In this document: positions 10,190 to 20,897 of the stretch, piece after piece | Layout: each line of letters starts with the position of its first letter | Numbering within the stretch: position 1 is the stretch's first letter | From: Verrucomicrobiota bacterium | GTDB lineage: Bacteria > Verrucomicrobiota > Verrucomicrobiia > Limisphaerales > SXQI01 | Length of the DNA: 64,000 nucleotides | Assembly: GCA_033762115.1 (NCBI GenBank) | Contig: JANRLX010000022.1 | Location: 22,003 to 86,002, forward strand | Direction of reading: 5' to 3' | The notes under the pieces: generated by a model | Seen by the model: only the letters and a program-made list of their open reading frames with translations | Database searches by the model: none | What the model was told of the DNA's origin: nothing | Position numbers and translations under genes: made by a program

Positions 10190-13006
10190 ATGAAAATCCA
10201 TCTCTGGCTGGTTCTTTCGTTCCTGATCACTTTTTCCCTTCCCGCAGCGCAACTGCCTGCGGACCCGCGAATCGAACAGGGAAAACTTGCCAACGGGGTG
10301 ACCTGGCTTTATCGCCAGCATAACAATCCCCCCGGACGAATGGCGCTGCAAATCCATGTGCGCACCGGATCGTTGAATGAAACCGAGGAACAGCGGGGTC
10401 TGGCTCATTTCCTCGAACATATGGCGTTCAACGGGACTGAGAATTTCCCGCCGGGCAAACTGATTCCTTATTTCGAGAGCATCGGGATGGAATTTGGCGC
10501 GCACCTGAACGCCTACACCAGCTTTGACCAGACTTCCTACATGCTTTTCACACCAAATGTGGACCTGGCGCAGATTGACAAGGCTTTGATGGTGCTAAGT
10601 GATTACGCATTTCGGATTTCGCTGCTGCCGGAGGAGATCGAGAAGGAACGGGGTATTGTCCTGGAAGAATCCCGCACCGGAAAAAATGCCCAGCAACGGA
10701 TTCGGGACAAGTTATGGCCTGAACTGTTCAAGGGAACACGCTTTGCCAAACGGCTGCCGATCGGCGAAGAGGCGATCCTTGCTTCCGCCAAAAAAGAGCA
10801 ATTCGAGAATTATTACAAAAAATGGTACCGGCCTGAAAATGTGACCGTGGTATTGGTGGGGGATGCTCCATCGAAGGAGATTCTGCCGCTGATCGAAAAG
10901 TGGTTTGGGAAAGCTACGGCTGAAGGGGAGGCGGCGAAACAGTTTACGCCGGAGTTCCAGCCATTTACTGAAAAACGGGCTTATGTGGTGACCGACCCTG
11001 AAATGGCCTTTTGCCAGGTGCAGATGATGAATATCCGCCCGGGCCGACCTCCGACAGTGACCATGGAGGAAGCGCGGACTGAGCTGGTGGAGTATATCGG
11101 CAGCTGGATCATCAGCCGCCGTTTTGACGATTTGGTGAAGAAAGGGACCGCCAGTTACCGGAATGCAGGGGCCTACGCACAAAATTTTTTCAATGATGCG
11201 ATGCTGGCTGTCGGATTCAGCATTGGCGAAGCAAAGGATTGGGGGAAGATGCTGGATGAAGTGGTGACCGAGATCAAACGAGCCACCGAGTATGGTTTTT
11301 CGGATCGTGAACTCAACCTGGCCCGAAAGGAAATCCTGGCTGAAGCGGAACGGGCGATCCGCACTGAAAGCACCCGGAATGCGCAGGAGGTGATTGGACA
11401 AATCATTGATTCGGTCAATGAACGTGAGCCGGTCCTTTCAGCCGAGCAGCAGTTCAAATTGTATCAGACATTGCTTCCGGGCATCTCGGCGGCAGAAGTA
11501 ACCAGTTCGTTCAAGGAACATTTCAGCGCCAATACGTTTGCCTATGTGGTGACGATGTCCGACAAGGGGGGGAACGAAGTGCCTTCGAGCGAAGCGGTGC
11601 TGGCGCGGGCAAAGGCGGCCCTGGCAGCGGAAGTCTCAAAACCGGAGGAGCGGCAGGTGCCGACGAACCTGCTCGCAACCCTGCCGAAACCGGGCAAGGT
11701 GACCGATAAATCGTTCGACAAGGATTTGGGAATCACCAGCGCGTGGCTGGAAAACAATGTGCGGGTGCATCATCGGTTCATGGATTATAAGAAGGATTCC
11801 GTGCTGGTTTCGATTGCCCTCGCGGGTGGGAACATCGAAGAAACCAGGGAGAATGCCGGGATTACGGCCGCCGCCAGTTTGGTCCTGAATGAACCGGCCA
11901 CTTCCCGGCTGACTTCGGCGGATGTGCGGGATTTGATGACAGGCAGAAATATCAATGTCAGTGGCGGTTCGGGAGGGGATCACTTGTTAATCACGGTGAC
12001 CGGCTCTCCATTGAACCTGGATAGCGGCTTGCAACTTGCCCACGCTCTACTTACCGATGGGAAGATCGAGGAGTCGGCCTTTCGCAACTGGCGGTTGATG
12101 TCGTTGCAACGTTTTGAGGATCGCGAGAAGCGGCCTAATTTCAAGGCGCAGGAAGCAATGGAATCGTTATTGAGCAATAACGATCCGCGTCGTGTTTTCT
12201 ACGGCAAAAAGGAACTGGAGGCTTTGACCTTGTCCAAGGCGCAGGAATGGTTTGATCGGATCCGCACCACCGCACCGATTGAAGTGGCGGTCGTCGGAGA
12301 TATCCAATGGGAAGAGGCGCAGGGGTTGGTTGAACAGTATGTGGGATCGCTTTCGAAACGGGAGCGACGCTCGGAACGAATCGAGGCATTGCGAAAATCA
12401 CCACGTCCTGAAGGGCCGCTGGAAAAGCATGTGAAAGTGGAGACCGTCACCCCACAGGCGATGGCCCTGGCAGGGTTTGCGGGTTCTGAGGCGAGAAACA
12501 TCAAGGATTCGCGCGGACTGGAATTGGCGTCCTACATCCTGAGCAGCCGGTTGATCAAAAAAATTCGTGAAGAACTGGCGATTGTTTATTCCATCGGCGC
12601 GAACAATTCACCTTCACAGATTTACCTGGATGCGGGCCGGTTTTTGAGCGGGGCTCCATGCGACCCGGCCAAGGTCAACCAGGTGAACGACGAAATTCAT
12701 AAGATTTTTGAGGATTTCGCAAAGAATGGCCCAACCGAGGAGGAAGTGACAAACGCGAAGAAGCAAGTGGACAACAGCCTTGAACAGGGATTGAGGGAGC
12801 CGAGCTACTGGTGGGGTGTGCTCAGGACAGCGCACTTGCGAAAGTGGGATGTGGATTCGGAAAAGAACATCCGTGAGGATTACCAGAAATTCACCGGCGA
12901 TGAGGTCAAGGCGATCTTCGCAAAGTATTATAAGCCAACGAGCATTTTCCGGGTGACCGCAGTGCCGACCGGGACCGAAACGGCAAAGCAGGCTTCCGCA
13001 CAGTAA
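10190..13006 (+). CDS. M16 family (insulinase/PqqL-like) zinc peptidase
   Basis: GLAHFLEHMAFNGT inverted zinc-binding motif, NAYTSFDQTSY, two-halved ~940-aa architecture, signal peptide. Confidence 0.9.
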   Translation: MKIHLWLVLSFLITFSLPAAQLPADPRIEQGKLANGVTWLYRQHNNPPGRMALQIHVRTGSLNETEEQRGLAHFLEHMAFNGTENFPPGKLIPYFESIGMEFGAHLNAYTSFDQTSYMLFTPNVDLAQIDKALMVLSDYAFRISLLPEEIEKERGIVLEESRTGKNAQQRIRDKLWPELFKGTRFAKRLPIGEEAILASAKKEQFENYYKKWYRPENVTVVLVGDAPSKEILPLIEKWFGKATAEGEAAKQFTPEFQPFTEKRAYVVTDPEMAFCQVQMMNIRPGRPPTVTMEEARTELVEYIGSWIISRRFDDLVKKGTASYRNAGAYAQNFFNDAMLAVGFSIGEAKDWGKMLDEVVTEIKRATEYGFSDRELNLARKEILAEAERAIRTESTRNAQEVIGQIIDSVNEREPVLSAEQQFKLYQTLLPGISAAEVTSSFKEHFSANTFAYVVTMSDKGGNEVPSSEAVLARAKAALAAEVSKPEERQVPTNLLATLPKPGKVTDKSFDKDLGITSAWLENNVRVHHRFMDYKKDSVLVSIALAGGNIEETRENAGITAAASLVLNEPATSRLTSADVRDLMTGRNINVSGGSGGDHLLITVTGSPLNLDSGLQLAHALLTDGKIEESAFRNWRLMSLQRFEDREKRPNFKAQEAMESLLSNNDPRRVFYGKKELEALTLSKAQEWFDRIRTTAPIEVAVVGDIQWEEAQGLVEQYVGSLSKRERRSERIEALRKSPRPEGPLEKHVKVETVTPQAMALAGFAGSEARNIKDSRGLELASYILSSRLIKKIREELAIVYSIGANNSPSQIYLDAGRFLSGAPCDPAKVNQVNDEIHKIFEDFAKNGPTEEEVTNAKKQVDNSLEQGLREPSYWWGVLRTAHLRKWDVDSEKNIREDYQKFTGDEVKAIFAKYYKPTSIFRVTAVPTGTETAKQASAQ

Positions 13007-13702
13007 TCATTGGAGTGGGGAATAGAATACCTGCACTGAGTAGAGCAGAGGCATGCCCGTTTCGCTCATGCTGAGACGGGCAGCGCAACCAAGATAACGA
13101 GGCCGGGTATCGAGAAGATTTTCACGGTGCCCAGGGGATTTGAGCCATTGCTCAACAAGAGCCTGGGCAAAACTGCGGTAGGTATGAGGTGGGATGACAG
13201 GTCCCCTGGGAGTATAACTGAAATTCTTTTTTCCTTGGTTGGTCCGTGAATGGAACTGACGCCCTGATTCATATTGAAGCGCAAAGGTCATGGCGAGGTT
13301 TTCCGCTCCAAAACGAGGAGTGATCCCAGCCAGCGTCATTCGTTTCTCCAAAGTGGATTTGTTGGTTTCAAACTTGTTCACATGATCAATGAATTTGAAG
13401 CGCGCCATTGAAATGGCGTGCATTTCCGCGGCCATGATTGATTTGGTGTCCGTCTGCAAAGGAGAAAGTTTTTCCCCGATTCGACGGCGGTTGGTTTCAT
13501 GAAAAATTGCCGCACCAAGCAGGTGGTAATTGATCTTCTCGGGAAGGATCGATTCCTTTCCGAGCGGAGAGGCGAAATATTGCTGAGTGGTCAGAAAGTA
13601 AACCCGGCTTTGCAAGGAATTCGTTTCAACTGTTTTTGGTTGAGCGGCAAGGCAGGCCCAGGCACACCCGAGGCAGAGCCATAATTTCAATAATTTTCCC
13701 AT
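13007..13702 (-). CDS. CAP/SCP domain protein
   Basis: HETNRRR, HAISM...F.DH, AENLA and QWLKSPGHRENLL motifs. Start 13702 chosen (ORF extends to 13747). Confidence 0.85.
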   Translation of the reverse strand: MGKLLKLWLCLGCAWACLAAQPKTVETNSLQSRVYFLTTQQYFASPLGKESILPEKINYHLLGAAIFHETNRRRIGEKLSPLQTDTKSIMAAEMHAISMARFKFIDHVNKFETNKSTLEKRMTLAGITPRFGAENLAMTFALQYESGRQFHSRTNQGKKNFSYTPRGPVIPPHTYRSFAQALVEQWLKSPGHRENLLDTRPRYLGCAARLSMSETGMPLLYSVQVFYSPLQ

Positions 13703-13878
13703 TGGGTAACCTGCCACATGAGGGGACTTCCGGGAACCTTTTGTCAAACATGGAGAATTTTCAGTAAAAGTGGGGCCTTAAAAAATGGTTGCCACCCCTT
13801 GCGGAACGGCATTGGTTCTGCTTACTTTCTCCGCCCATTGAACAGAATCAAATGGGAATAGAGAGTAGTTGGTGTCAG

Positions 13879-14190
13879 ATGGAATCAATTGAATCGTCCT
13901 TGATGGGTGGTGGGAAGCGGTATTCGGCCAAAAACATGAGAAAGCCGATCAACTTCACCTGTTTCGCTCCGGCAGCGCGTGAAGTTTTTTTGGTGGGAAG
14001 TTTTAACCAATGGCAACCGCAAGTCATGAAACGACAGCCTGATGGCGGCTGGCATTTACAAGCGCAGCTTTCGCATGGCCATCACCAGTATTTATTCCTG
14101 ATTGATGGAACCCCGACAATCGACCAGCGGGCACAAGGAATCGTTCGCAACGAGAAAAACGAGCGGGTTTCGCTGATCGCTGTCAGTTGA
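13879..14190 (+). CDS. Small CBM48/AMPK-type glycogen-binding domain protein
   Basis: F.C.AP.AREVFLVGSFNQW...M....GGW...L..G.HQYLFLIDG pattern. Start uncertain. Confidence 0.75.
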   Translation: MESIESSLMGGGKRYSAKNMRKPINFTCFAPAAREVFLVGSFNQWQPQVMKRQPDGGWHLQAQLSHGHHQYLFLIDGTPTIDQRAQGIVRNEKNERVSLIAVS

Positions 14191-15055
14191 GGTTGCGCCG
14201 GAGCGCCCGGCGAATCTCTTCAGCGTAGCCTTCGCGAAAGGTGGGGTAGCGCAGCAGATACCCGAGTTCAGCGAGACGTTGATTGGAGACGCGTTTGCTG
14301 GTTGTAGCGCGTTTCCGGGAGGAGAGGGGTTCCGTTTCGACCGGGGGAAGCGGCTTTTTCAATTCCTGGGAAAGCCATTGGAAAAATTCCAATTGAGTCA
14401 CCGGACAAGAATCAGTGGCGTTATAAATGTTGCCGGGAATTCCCCTTGTTAAGGCAGCCTCAATTATTCCAGCGAGATCATCGCGGTGAATCATGTTCAA
14501 CAGGCGGTCACCGGAACCGCTGATTTTGGCTTCGCTGCCCAGGTATTGGTGAAAAAGATGCCCACGCTCCGGACCGTAAATACCGGAAACACGAAGAATA
14601 ACTCCCGGAAAACCGCTGCTGGATTTCTCCAAGATCAATTGTTCTGTTTCAACGAGGATTTGGCTGGTGGGAGTTTGTGGTGAAGTGGGGCTGTTTTCGG
14701 TGACGTACTCACCGTTTACTTGTCCATAAACACTTGTGCTGCTGGTATAAACAAATTTTTGAAGCGGGCTGTCCTGAAGCCAGTTAATAATATTGCGAGT
14801 CCCTTCCAGATACACGGCACGATACTCCTCGGAGCCTCCCCTTGAGGACGAGACGGTGTTGATGACCCAGTCAAAATCAGGTGTCATGGTCTGCAATGAT
14901 TCCGGCTGGGTAATATCCCCCTGCAACAGATGGATGTCAGGGTCAAGGTTTTCAGGACGCGTTCGCCGCATGGCAATCACTGTGTGTCCCTGGGAAAGAA
15001 AACGCTCGGCAACGGCAAGCCCGACATACCCGCACCCAATAATGAGGACTCGCAT
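14183..15055 (-). CDS. NAD-dependent epimerase/dehydratase (atypical SDR)
   Basis: IIGCGYVG Rossmann motif, YTSSTSVYG, LRVSGIYGP and IHRDDL. Confidence 0.85.
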   Translation of the reverse strand: MRVLIIGCGYVGLAVAERFLSQGHTVIAMRRTRPENLDPDIHLLQGDITQPESLQTMTPDFDWVINTVSSSRGGSEEYRAVYLEGTRNIINWLQDSPLQKFVYTSSTSVYGQVNGEYVTENSPTSPQTPTSQILVETEQLILEKSSSGFPGVILRVSGIYGPERGHLFHQYLGSEAKISGSGDRLLNMIHRDDLAGIIEAALTRGIPGNIYNATDSCPVTQLEFFQWLSQELKKPLPPVETEPLSSRKRATTSKRVSNQRLAELGYLLRYPTFREGYAEEIRRALRRNLN

Positions 15056-15056
15056 G

Positions 15057-15605
15057 CTACGGATTGGTTCCGTCAAGCTCGGCCAGTTTTTTCACGGCGA
15101 GAGTTTCCCCATTTTCTGCCGCCTGCTTCAGGTAAGAGCGAGCTGTTAATTCATTCTTCTCAACCCCGTCGCCAGTCAGGTAACGAAGCCCAAGTGCATA
15201 TTGCGCCCGGCTCGACCCTTCCTCAGCTCTCTTTATTTGCCATTCCAGAGAGTTCTGGGCTAATCGCGATTTTTCTTTCTCACGCTTTTCCTGGGAAGGA
15301 ATGTGGTTTCTCGGAACGAATGGAGAACCATGTTGGGAATAGGGTGCTTTTTGCTGAACTGTGCTTGCAGGAACAGGTGATGGGGCGGTGCTGCTTTGTT
15401 TATTGGTCGTTATTTGAGAGGAAGGTGGCAGTCGATAGTAGCGCCTTCCGGAACGACGGCTTGGGGAAAGTGAGCCGGGGTTTTGGGTAACCAATGTTTG
15501 TTTTAATGGGTTGGGGATGTCCGTTCGACGAAAAGCGCCTGAATAACCATCTGGAACAGAGGCCAGCAGCAGGGCACAGCAAATCTTCAGGGCGGCGGCT
15601 TTCAT
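15057..15605 (-). CDS. Secreted Sel1-repeat protein
   Basis: Signal peptide, low-complexity linker, and C-terminal AEEG..RAQYALGLRYLTGDGVEKN...A..YL.QAAENG Sel1 repeat. Confidence 0.7.
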   Translation of the reverse strand: MKAAALKICCALLLASVPDGYSGAFRRTDIPNPLKQTLVTQNPGSLSPSRRSGRRYYRLPPSSQITTNKQSSTAPSPVPASTVQQKAPYSQHGSPFVPRNHIPSQEKREKEKSRLAQNSLEWQIKRAEEGSSRAQYALGLRYLTGDGVEKNELTARSYLKQAAENGETLAVKKLAELDGTNP

Positions 15606-15747
15606 CTCTATCCTCTGGATGAAGGAAGCGATAATCATTGTCAAACAAATCCGGCTCGGGCAATGCCCTGATCAGAAATCCGGACAATTCATTTCACTTA
15701 AATGAACGAGATCGTTGGCGCGGTGACAACCTGCGTTATCGCTGACT

Positions 15748-17787
15748 TTAACTGCTCAACGCGGTTTGTGCAGATCGCCGCGGCAATAGCAGAATGGATT
15801 CCAGACAGACGATGATTAACACCGTCAACAGAGCCCATTTCCAAATTTTTTGGGACGATTCCAATTCTGCCGCCTGTTGTTGCCTAAGGCGCTGGATTCC
15901 CCCTTTCGATAGAGAGGCGGCGTCAGGAGACAATTCCAGAGGAACTCCCAACGCTTGCAGCTGGGCTTTAGGAAAAGGTGCGGTCCGACTCTCTGAAGGA
16001 TCGATATTGACAGCAACTTGTTGGACGGAAGAGCCATCCTGCAGGAGGTAAACTCCAGGTTTGTCCGTTTGCTCGAACCGTTCCGCCTTCTCCGGCAGAG
16101 TGGTGACAGTGCCGTCCGGGGTGCGAACATTAAAAGACGCGCTCTTTTTGGGTAAAGCAATAGGTTCATTAACCAGCCTGGCCGCGGTTCCCTGAGGAAT
16201 GGGTGAACTGAATTCCAGGGAAGAATACAGGAATGGGACAAATTTGCTTGATAAGGCAAACTGGCTCATGGCTGGTTCCCACCGGAATGCAAACAGGATG
16301 ACAGCTCCTTTTCCGACCGGAATTTCAACCATCGCTGGGGAAGCATCGTCGAAACGGGCCAGGACCCGTGGTGGGGTGGTTGAGGGGGTTGTCAGGGTGA
16401 ATCGTTGCCAGATATTGATCTTGGAAAAATCGCTGTATCGAGCATCACGAAACGGAGCAAAGATCGGGTGCTCAAAATTGATTTCCTGAAGCAACGCATA
16501 ACCAGTATCAACGCCTGGTGAGAGAACGGCACCTGGAAGAATTGAAGCAAGCAGACCGTTGATTGTTTCTGCGTCACCCGGCAGCGCAATCACCACCCGG
16601 CCGTTGTTGCAAAATTCGATGATGCTTTGCAATTCCTGGGGTGAGGCGCGTTGCACAATTGCCATCGCAGCAGTGGACAAATCGTTTGTAGAAGGTTTTG
16701 TGAGGTTCACTTTTAAAAACCCTGCACTCTTAAAAGCGCGTTCGATATAATAAAGTGGAGCGGCTGTGTTTGTGGGGGAATCAGTCCCGAAATAGAAGAC
16801 TGCCATTTCAGGCGCGATGATCGGGACCTGGTAGCTCTTGTTGTCAAAAGGTTCCTCATCACCTTGCAGGGTGACCTGGGAAACGTTCGTCAGGTTGATT
16901 GTGACCACTCGATTTTGTCCGGGCGCAACAGATACTGTGAGGGTGTCATTGGTCTGTTGATTGACAGCAGTGATTTTGAACTGATCGATTCGCGAATCGG
17001 CGGCATTACTCACCCGTGCACGCGCAGGCGAATTTGGAGTCGTTGGCTGCAGTAGCATGATCCCAGCGTTACTACTGCGCGAACTTATCGCTTCCAATCG
17101 TACGGTCACATCGCGCGGCCAGGAGAAATTCTGGAGAGCATCCAGTTTTGAACCTTCCTGAAGGTCCGAAACAAGAGCAATTTCCTTGTGCTCTGGCGCG
17201 GTGCCCACAGGATTCGCTTCCAAAGAGATTAAATCAGCTGCTGAAACCAAAGCATCCCCGAGGTTACTTGAGTCGAAACCGGGCGTCAGAGATTGGACCA
17301 GGGCGATGGCCGCTGCTTTTTGATTTCCCTGTTGCCGATTCCGCCATTCAGTAAATGAGAGAATTGGAGTCAGGGTGGAGTCCACGGCATAGATTGCCAG
17401 TTCATCCCCCTCGGAAAGATTGCTGATTACATTACGGGCACGTTCCTGGGCTGCTGGCCAAATGTCCCGGCGTTGCATGCTGGCACTCACGTCGAGCAAC
17501 AACACAACGCGCTTTGAGCCGGTGGACACGGCAGGTTGAGGGAGGTGTTTGGCCAGATAAGGGCGAGCAAAACAAAGAGCCAGGAGCAGGAGGACAGCGC
17601 AGCGGAGAAGTAAAAGAATCAAATCTTCCAGGCGGCTTCGCTTGGAAACACGGGGAATGCTCTCCCGGAGGAACATCAGAGTGCTGAAGGAAAACTTCTC
17701 TCTCGTATGGCGGCGGATCAAATGGAAGAGGAGTGGCGCTGCAATTGAGATCGCACCGATCAGGAATAATGGCGTGAGAAAACTCAT
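15748..17787 (-). CDS. BatA/vWA domain membrane protein
   Basis: N-terminal BatA motif (PLLFHLIRR...FSTLMFL...LLLLRC), MIDAS DVSASM, and C-terminal AVNIDPSES plus TM helix. Confidence 0.85.
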   Translation of the reverse strand: MSFLTPLFLIGAISIAAPLLFHLIRRHTREKFSFSTLMFLRESIPRVSKRSRLEDLILLLLRCAVLLLLALCFARPYLAKHLPQPAVSTGSKRVVLLLDVSASMQRRDIWPAAQERARNVISNLSEGDELAIYAVDSTLTPILSFTEWRNRQQGNQKAAAIALVQSLTPGFDSSNLGDALVSAADLISLEANPVGTAPEHKEIALVSDLQEGSKLDALQNFSWPRDVTVRLEAISSRSSNAGIMLLQPTTPNSPARARVSNAADSRIDQFKITAVNQQTNDTLTVSVAPGQNRVVTINLTNVSQVTLQGDEEPFDNKSYQVPIIAPEMAVFYFGTDSPTNTAAPLYYIERAFKSAGFLKVNLTKPSTNDLSTAAMAIVQRASPQELQSIIEFCNNGRVVIALPGDAETINGLLASILPGAVLSPGVDTGYALLQEINFEHPIFAPFRDARYSDFSKINIWQRFTLTTPSTTPPRVLARFDDASPAMVEIPVGKGAVILFAFRWEPAMSQFALSSKFVPFLYSSLEFSSPIPQGTAARLVNEPIALPKKSASFNVRTPDGTVTTLPEKAERFEQTDKPGVYLLQDGSSVQQVAVNIDPSESRTAPFPKAQLQALGVPLELSPDAASLSKGGIQRLRQQQAAELESSQKIWKWALLTVLIIVCLESILLLPRRSAQTALSS

Positions 17788-18776
17788 TTCACAGCGCTGC
17801 TGTTCGTTTGGTACAGACGCGCGAGATCAAGAAGGAGTTTCTCAAGTTGCAAAAAATATTCCTCCTGCTGAAATTTGCTTTTCTGCTCGCGCAAGGCAGC
17901 AATCTGTAATTCCAGTTCATTCCGGCGAACACGTTGGTCTGGTGTTAATTGCTGCTCTTCAAGTGACGGCAACAAGTGGAGTTGATGAGCCCGGAGCCCA
18001 TCCGGCAATTCATTGCCAGATGGTTTTTTTGTTGGCCGAACGCCTTGAAAGAAGTCCACAGGAGTCCCCAGTCCATCCCCATTGTCATCCAGCAAGGCAT
18101 GTTCAGTCGCCAGTCGCCCGTTCGACTTATAAAAATCCGCCACTCGACGGGCAGAGGAGATAAACGCTTCAAGGAGCGAGGTTTGCCCATCCTTATCAAG
18201 ATCCGATTCAGAGGACCCGATCATTTCTGTGAATTGTTCTCCAAAGCGGGAGTAGTTGATCTGGCTTCCTGCCCTGGTTGCGGTCACAATCACACGTCCC
18301 TGACGCGAGAGCGGCTTTAAAAAGGCGCCGCTTGCCGAAAACGCGTTGATCAGAATTGTTGGACGTTTAAACCCATTCAATAGTGTGACGAAATGTTTGG
18401 CTTCAAGGTCAGGTCCTCGCAAATTGAATTTAGCCTCTCGACCATTAAAGGTGCCATGACCGATCAGGATCAACCAGAATTCATGGTTGCCTTCCCGAGG
18501 TTCAGATGCCAGGAGGGATTCAAAAAGGTGCAAGTCGTTGGTCGTGTTCGTTGAACCATGCCCCAGCCAGGTGAAGTTGAACTGGTTCGACGAGGCCAGC
18601 TTTTCCCAGGCCTCCCCCAGCTCCCGAAAGGTCTTATCGTAACCATCAGCCCCGGGTGCTCCTGTAATGAGCACCATTCGGGCCCTGTTTGTGATGCTCT
18701 CGCTATGGGCGAATGAGGCAGGAACGAAACAAATATGGAGCGCAGTTGCTATGAATATGCACAATAACCGCGCCAC
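17784..18776 (-). CDS. Conserved secreted protein (possible caspase/C13-like fold)
   Basis: Signal peptide, LIGHGTF, FNLRGPD and TEHALLDDNGDG; overlaps the BatA start by 4 nt. Confidence 0.6.
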   Translation of the reverse strand: MARLLCIFIATALHICFVPASFAHSESITNRARMVLITGAPGADGYDKTFRELGEAWEKLASSNQFNFTWLGHGSTNTTNDLHLFESLLASEPREGNHEFWLILIGHGTFNGREAKFNLRGPDLEAKHFVTLLNGFKRPTILINAFSASGAFLKPLSRQGRVIVTATRAGSQINYSRFGEQFTEMIGSSESDLDKDGQTSLLEAFISSARRVADFYKSNGRLATEHALLDDNGDGLGTPVDFFQGVRPTKKPSGNELPDGLRAHQLHLLPSLEEQQLTPDQRVRRNELELQIAALREQKSKFQQEEYFLQLEKLLLDLARLYQTNSSAVK

Positions 18777-18787
18777 AAACGCTGATT

Positions 18788-20632
18788 TTAATCGAGAACC
18801 TTGATTTTGGCATGTCTGATTTCCACATGCCCACCATCCCGACTCAGCTCTTGAAAACCGATATGCCCTTTCCTTGGACGGTCCTTGAGCGAAACCGCAA
18901 TTTCTTCAGTGTGCCTTTTCACGGTGGATGTATGATTGTTTAGATTTACATCAAGCACCTGCTGCCCATTCAGCTTCACCTTCACAAGAGGTCCCTTCAT
19001 CGTCACTTCGTATTTGTTCCACTCCATCGGTTTGAATACCTGCACAGATGGCGCAACAACCCGGTAAAGGCTGCCGGTCAGTTCATTGGCGGGCACTTCG
19101 CCAAAATCAGGTGGGTAGTAACGCGGATCAACCATCTGCAATTCGATGCCATCGAAGGCGGGGTCCCCATGACCGGGAAAGCGAAGACCGCATCCGCTGT
19201 TTCCGCGTTGTCCAAGCTTGAATTCAAACTCGAGCTGGAAATCTCCATATTGCTGCTCGCTCACGAGCCAAGTGCCGCGCGGTTCGCTTCCATGCAGAAC
19301 GCCACTTTTGACGACCCATTTGGCCTTTTCGGGGCCCTGGCGTTTAACATCTGACCAATCGCGCACTTTCCAGCCCCTGGGCTCCCCCTCTTCAGGAAAG
19401 AGCGGTTCAAACACAGCGGTTTTTGTTTCTCCCTGCACATCCAGCGCCACCAGGTTTTCCAGGCTGCGGGCGTACAAACGACCATTCGCGAGGATGGGGC
19501 TGCTCCAGGTGTTTTTTCCGCCGAGCACCTGGGCTGAGGAAATTTCAGTATATTTTTTTGGGTTCGCTTCCGCGGTGGCCAACAGACCCTTATCACTAAA
19601 AATGATTAATTTTCCGTCGGCAAAAATAAGGGAGCCTTTGCCGAACTTCTTTTCACTCCATTTTTCCATGCCCGTTTCAAAGTCAAGACAGCGGAGATCT
19701 GTTTCGTCGAACCCATAAAGGTGCCCGCCATGAAAAATGGAGGTGGAAACGTGGTTTCGCATGTTTTTTCCCTGCCAGAGTGCGGAAGGTTTGTTATCGG
19801 TAAATTGCACCACCGCACAGCCTTTGTTGTAAGCGCTGGAAATGAAAACCCGATCTCCAACAACCAACGGAGTGGCGGCATTGACATCATAACTCGTTTT
19901 CCAGGGGAACCGCCATGCTTCCTTGCCATTGGCCATTTCGCGGGCAACCAGTCCAAAACCGGAAAACATCAATACATAACGTTTGTCCTTATAGGTGTAA
20001 GCCACCGGTGAACTGTAGCCGGGACCTTCATTTCCCGCTTTCCAAAGGATAGCGCCTGTTTCCTTGTCCAGAGCAATCAAAGAGGCGCCTTCCGCTCCCG
20101 TTTCCACCAGGACCATTTTCCCTTCAACAAGAGGAGACCCTGAGAAGCCCCAGGTGGGAACCTTTGCCCCAAAGTCCTTAACAAACTCCCTGGACCAGAT
20201 CACTTCCCCATTGTCAAAATTCAGGCAGAACAGATGCCCCATCCTGCTTAGGGTATACACTTTGTTGCCATCGACGGTGGGAGTGCACCGGGTCCCAGGA
20301 AAGCCGTTTGGATCTGAAGAGGAACAGGGATAGCTGTGCTTCCAAAGTTCCTTTCCCGTAACGGCATCAAGGCAATAGACGTGGTCCACTTCCTTGACAT
20401 TACCCATTGTAAAGAGACGTCCATTGGAAACGGACATTGAGGAATACCCCGTGCCAACGCTCGCTTTCCAAAGCTGTTTGGGACCTTCATCCGGCCATTT
20501 GGATTGCCAGTTTTTTTCATCCGATTTGCCGGTTCGCTTTGGTCCGAGCCACTGAGGCCAATCATCGGCCAGAGAGAACAGTGAAGAATTCAGTACCAGG
20601 TTCAGGCCCAGGAGGCAGGTTGCAACTTTCAT
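18788..20632 (-). CDS. PQQ-like beta-propeller protein fused to DUF1080
   Basis: DWPQWLGP.R.G, repeated YSSP/ATPL...W blades, and C-terminal DFQLEFEFK..GNSG...WNKYEV...GHIGFQ (DUF1080). Confidence 0.85.
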   Translation of the reverse strand: MKVATCLLGLNLVLNSSLFSLADDWPQWLGPKRTGKSDEKNWQSKWPDEGPKQLWKASVGTGYSSMSVSNGRLFTMGNVKEVDHVYCLDAVTGKELWKHSYPCSSSDPNGFPGTRCTPTVDGNKVYTLSRMGHLFCLNFDNGEVIWSREFVKDFGAKVPTWGFSGSPLVEGKMVLVETGAEGASLIALDKETGAILWKAGNEGPGYSSPVAYTYKDKRYVLMFSGFGLVAREMANGKEAWRFPWKTSYDVNAATPLVVGDRVFISSAYNKGCAVVQFTDNKPSALWQGKNMRNHVSTSIFHGGHLYGFDETDLRCLDFETGMEKWSEKKFGKGSLIFADGKLIIFSDKGLLATAEANPKKYTEISSAQVLGGKNTWSSPILANGRLYARSLENLVALDVQGETKTAVFEPLFPEEGEPRGWKVRDWSDVKRQGPEKAKWVVKSGVLHGSEPRGTWLVSEQQYGDFQLEFEFKLGQRGNSGCGLRFPGHGDPAFDGIELQMVDPRYYPPDFGEVPANELTGSLYRVVAPSVQVFKPMEWNKYEVTMKGPLVKVKLNGQQVLDVNLNNHTSTVKRHTEEIAVSLKDRPRKGHIGFQELSRDGGHVEIRHAKIKVLD

Positions 20633-20804
20633 ACAGATCCGAGATTGAGACAGGAAACAGAATTGCCGCCTAACGAAGGGATGTCAATGTTTCGGCATGA
20701 GTTAGAGAACCAAAAGAGAAAAGGCGAAGAATCGGGATTGCTGCGTCTCCCCAAATACGCAGCGCCGTTCCGGCAGGCAGTTACCGGCAATGGACAGAAA
20801 TTAG

Positions 20805-20897
20805 CTAATCAGCGTTTTCGTTGCCGCGGGCCAACGCCAAAGCTGATAGCAGAAAAATCCCCCAAGCTATCAAAGCAAAAGTGAGTATGTATGTCAT
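20805..20897 (-). CDS. Candidate 30-aa single-TM small protein
   Basis: MTYILTFALIAWGIFLLSALALARGNENAD*; TTGACT-N16-TAAAAC upstream and a hairpin plus pyrimidine run downstream. Confidence 0.4.
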   Translation of the reverse strand: MTYILTFALIAWGIFLLSALALARGNENAD

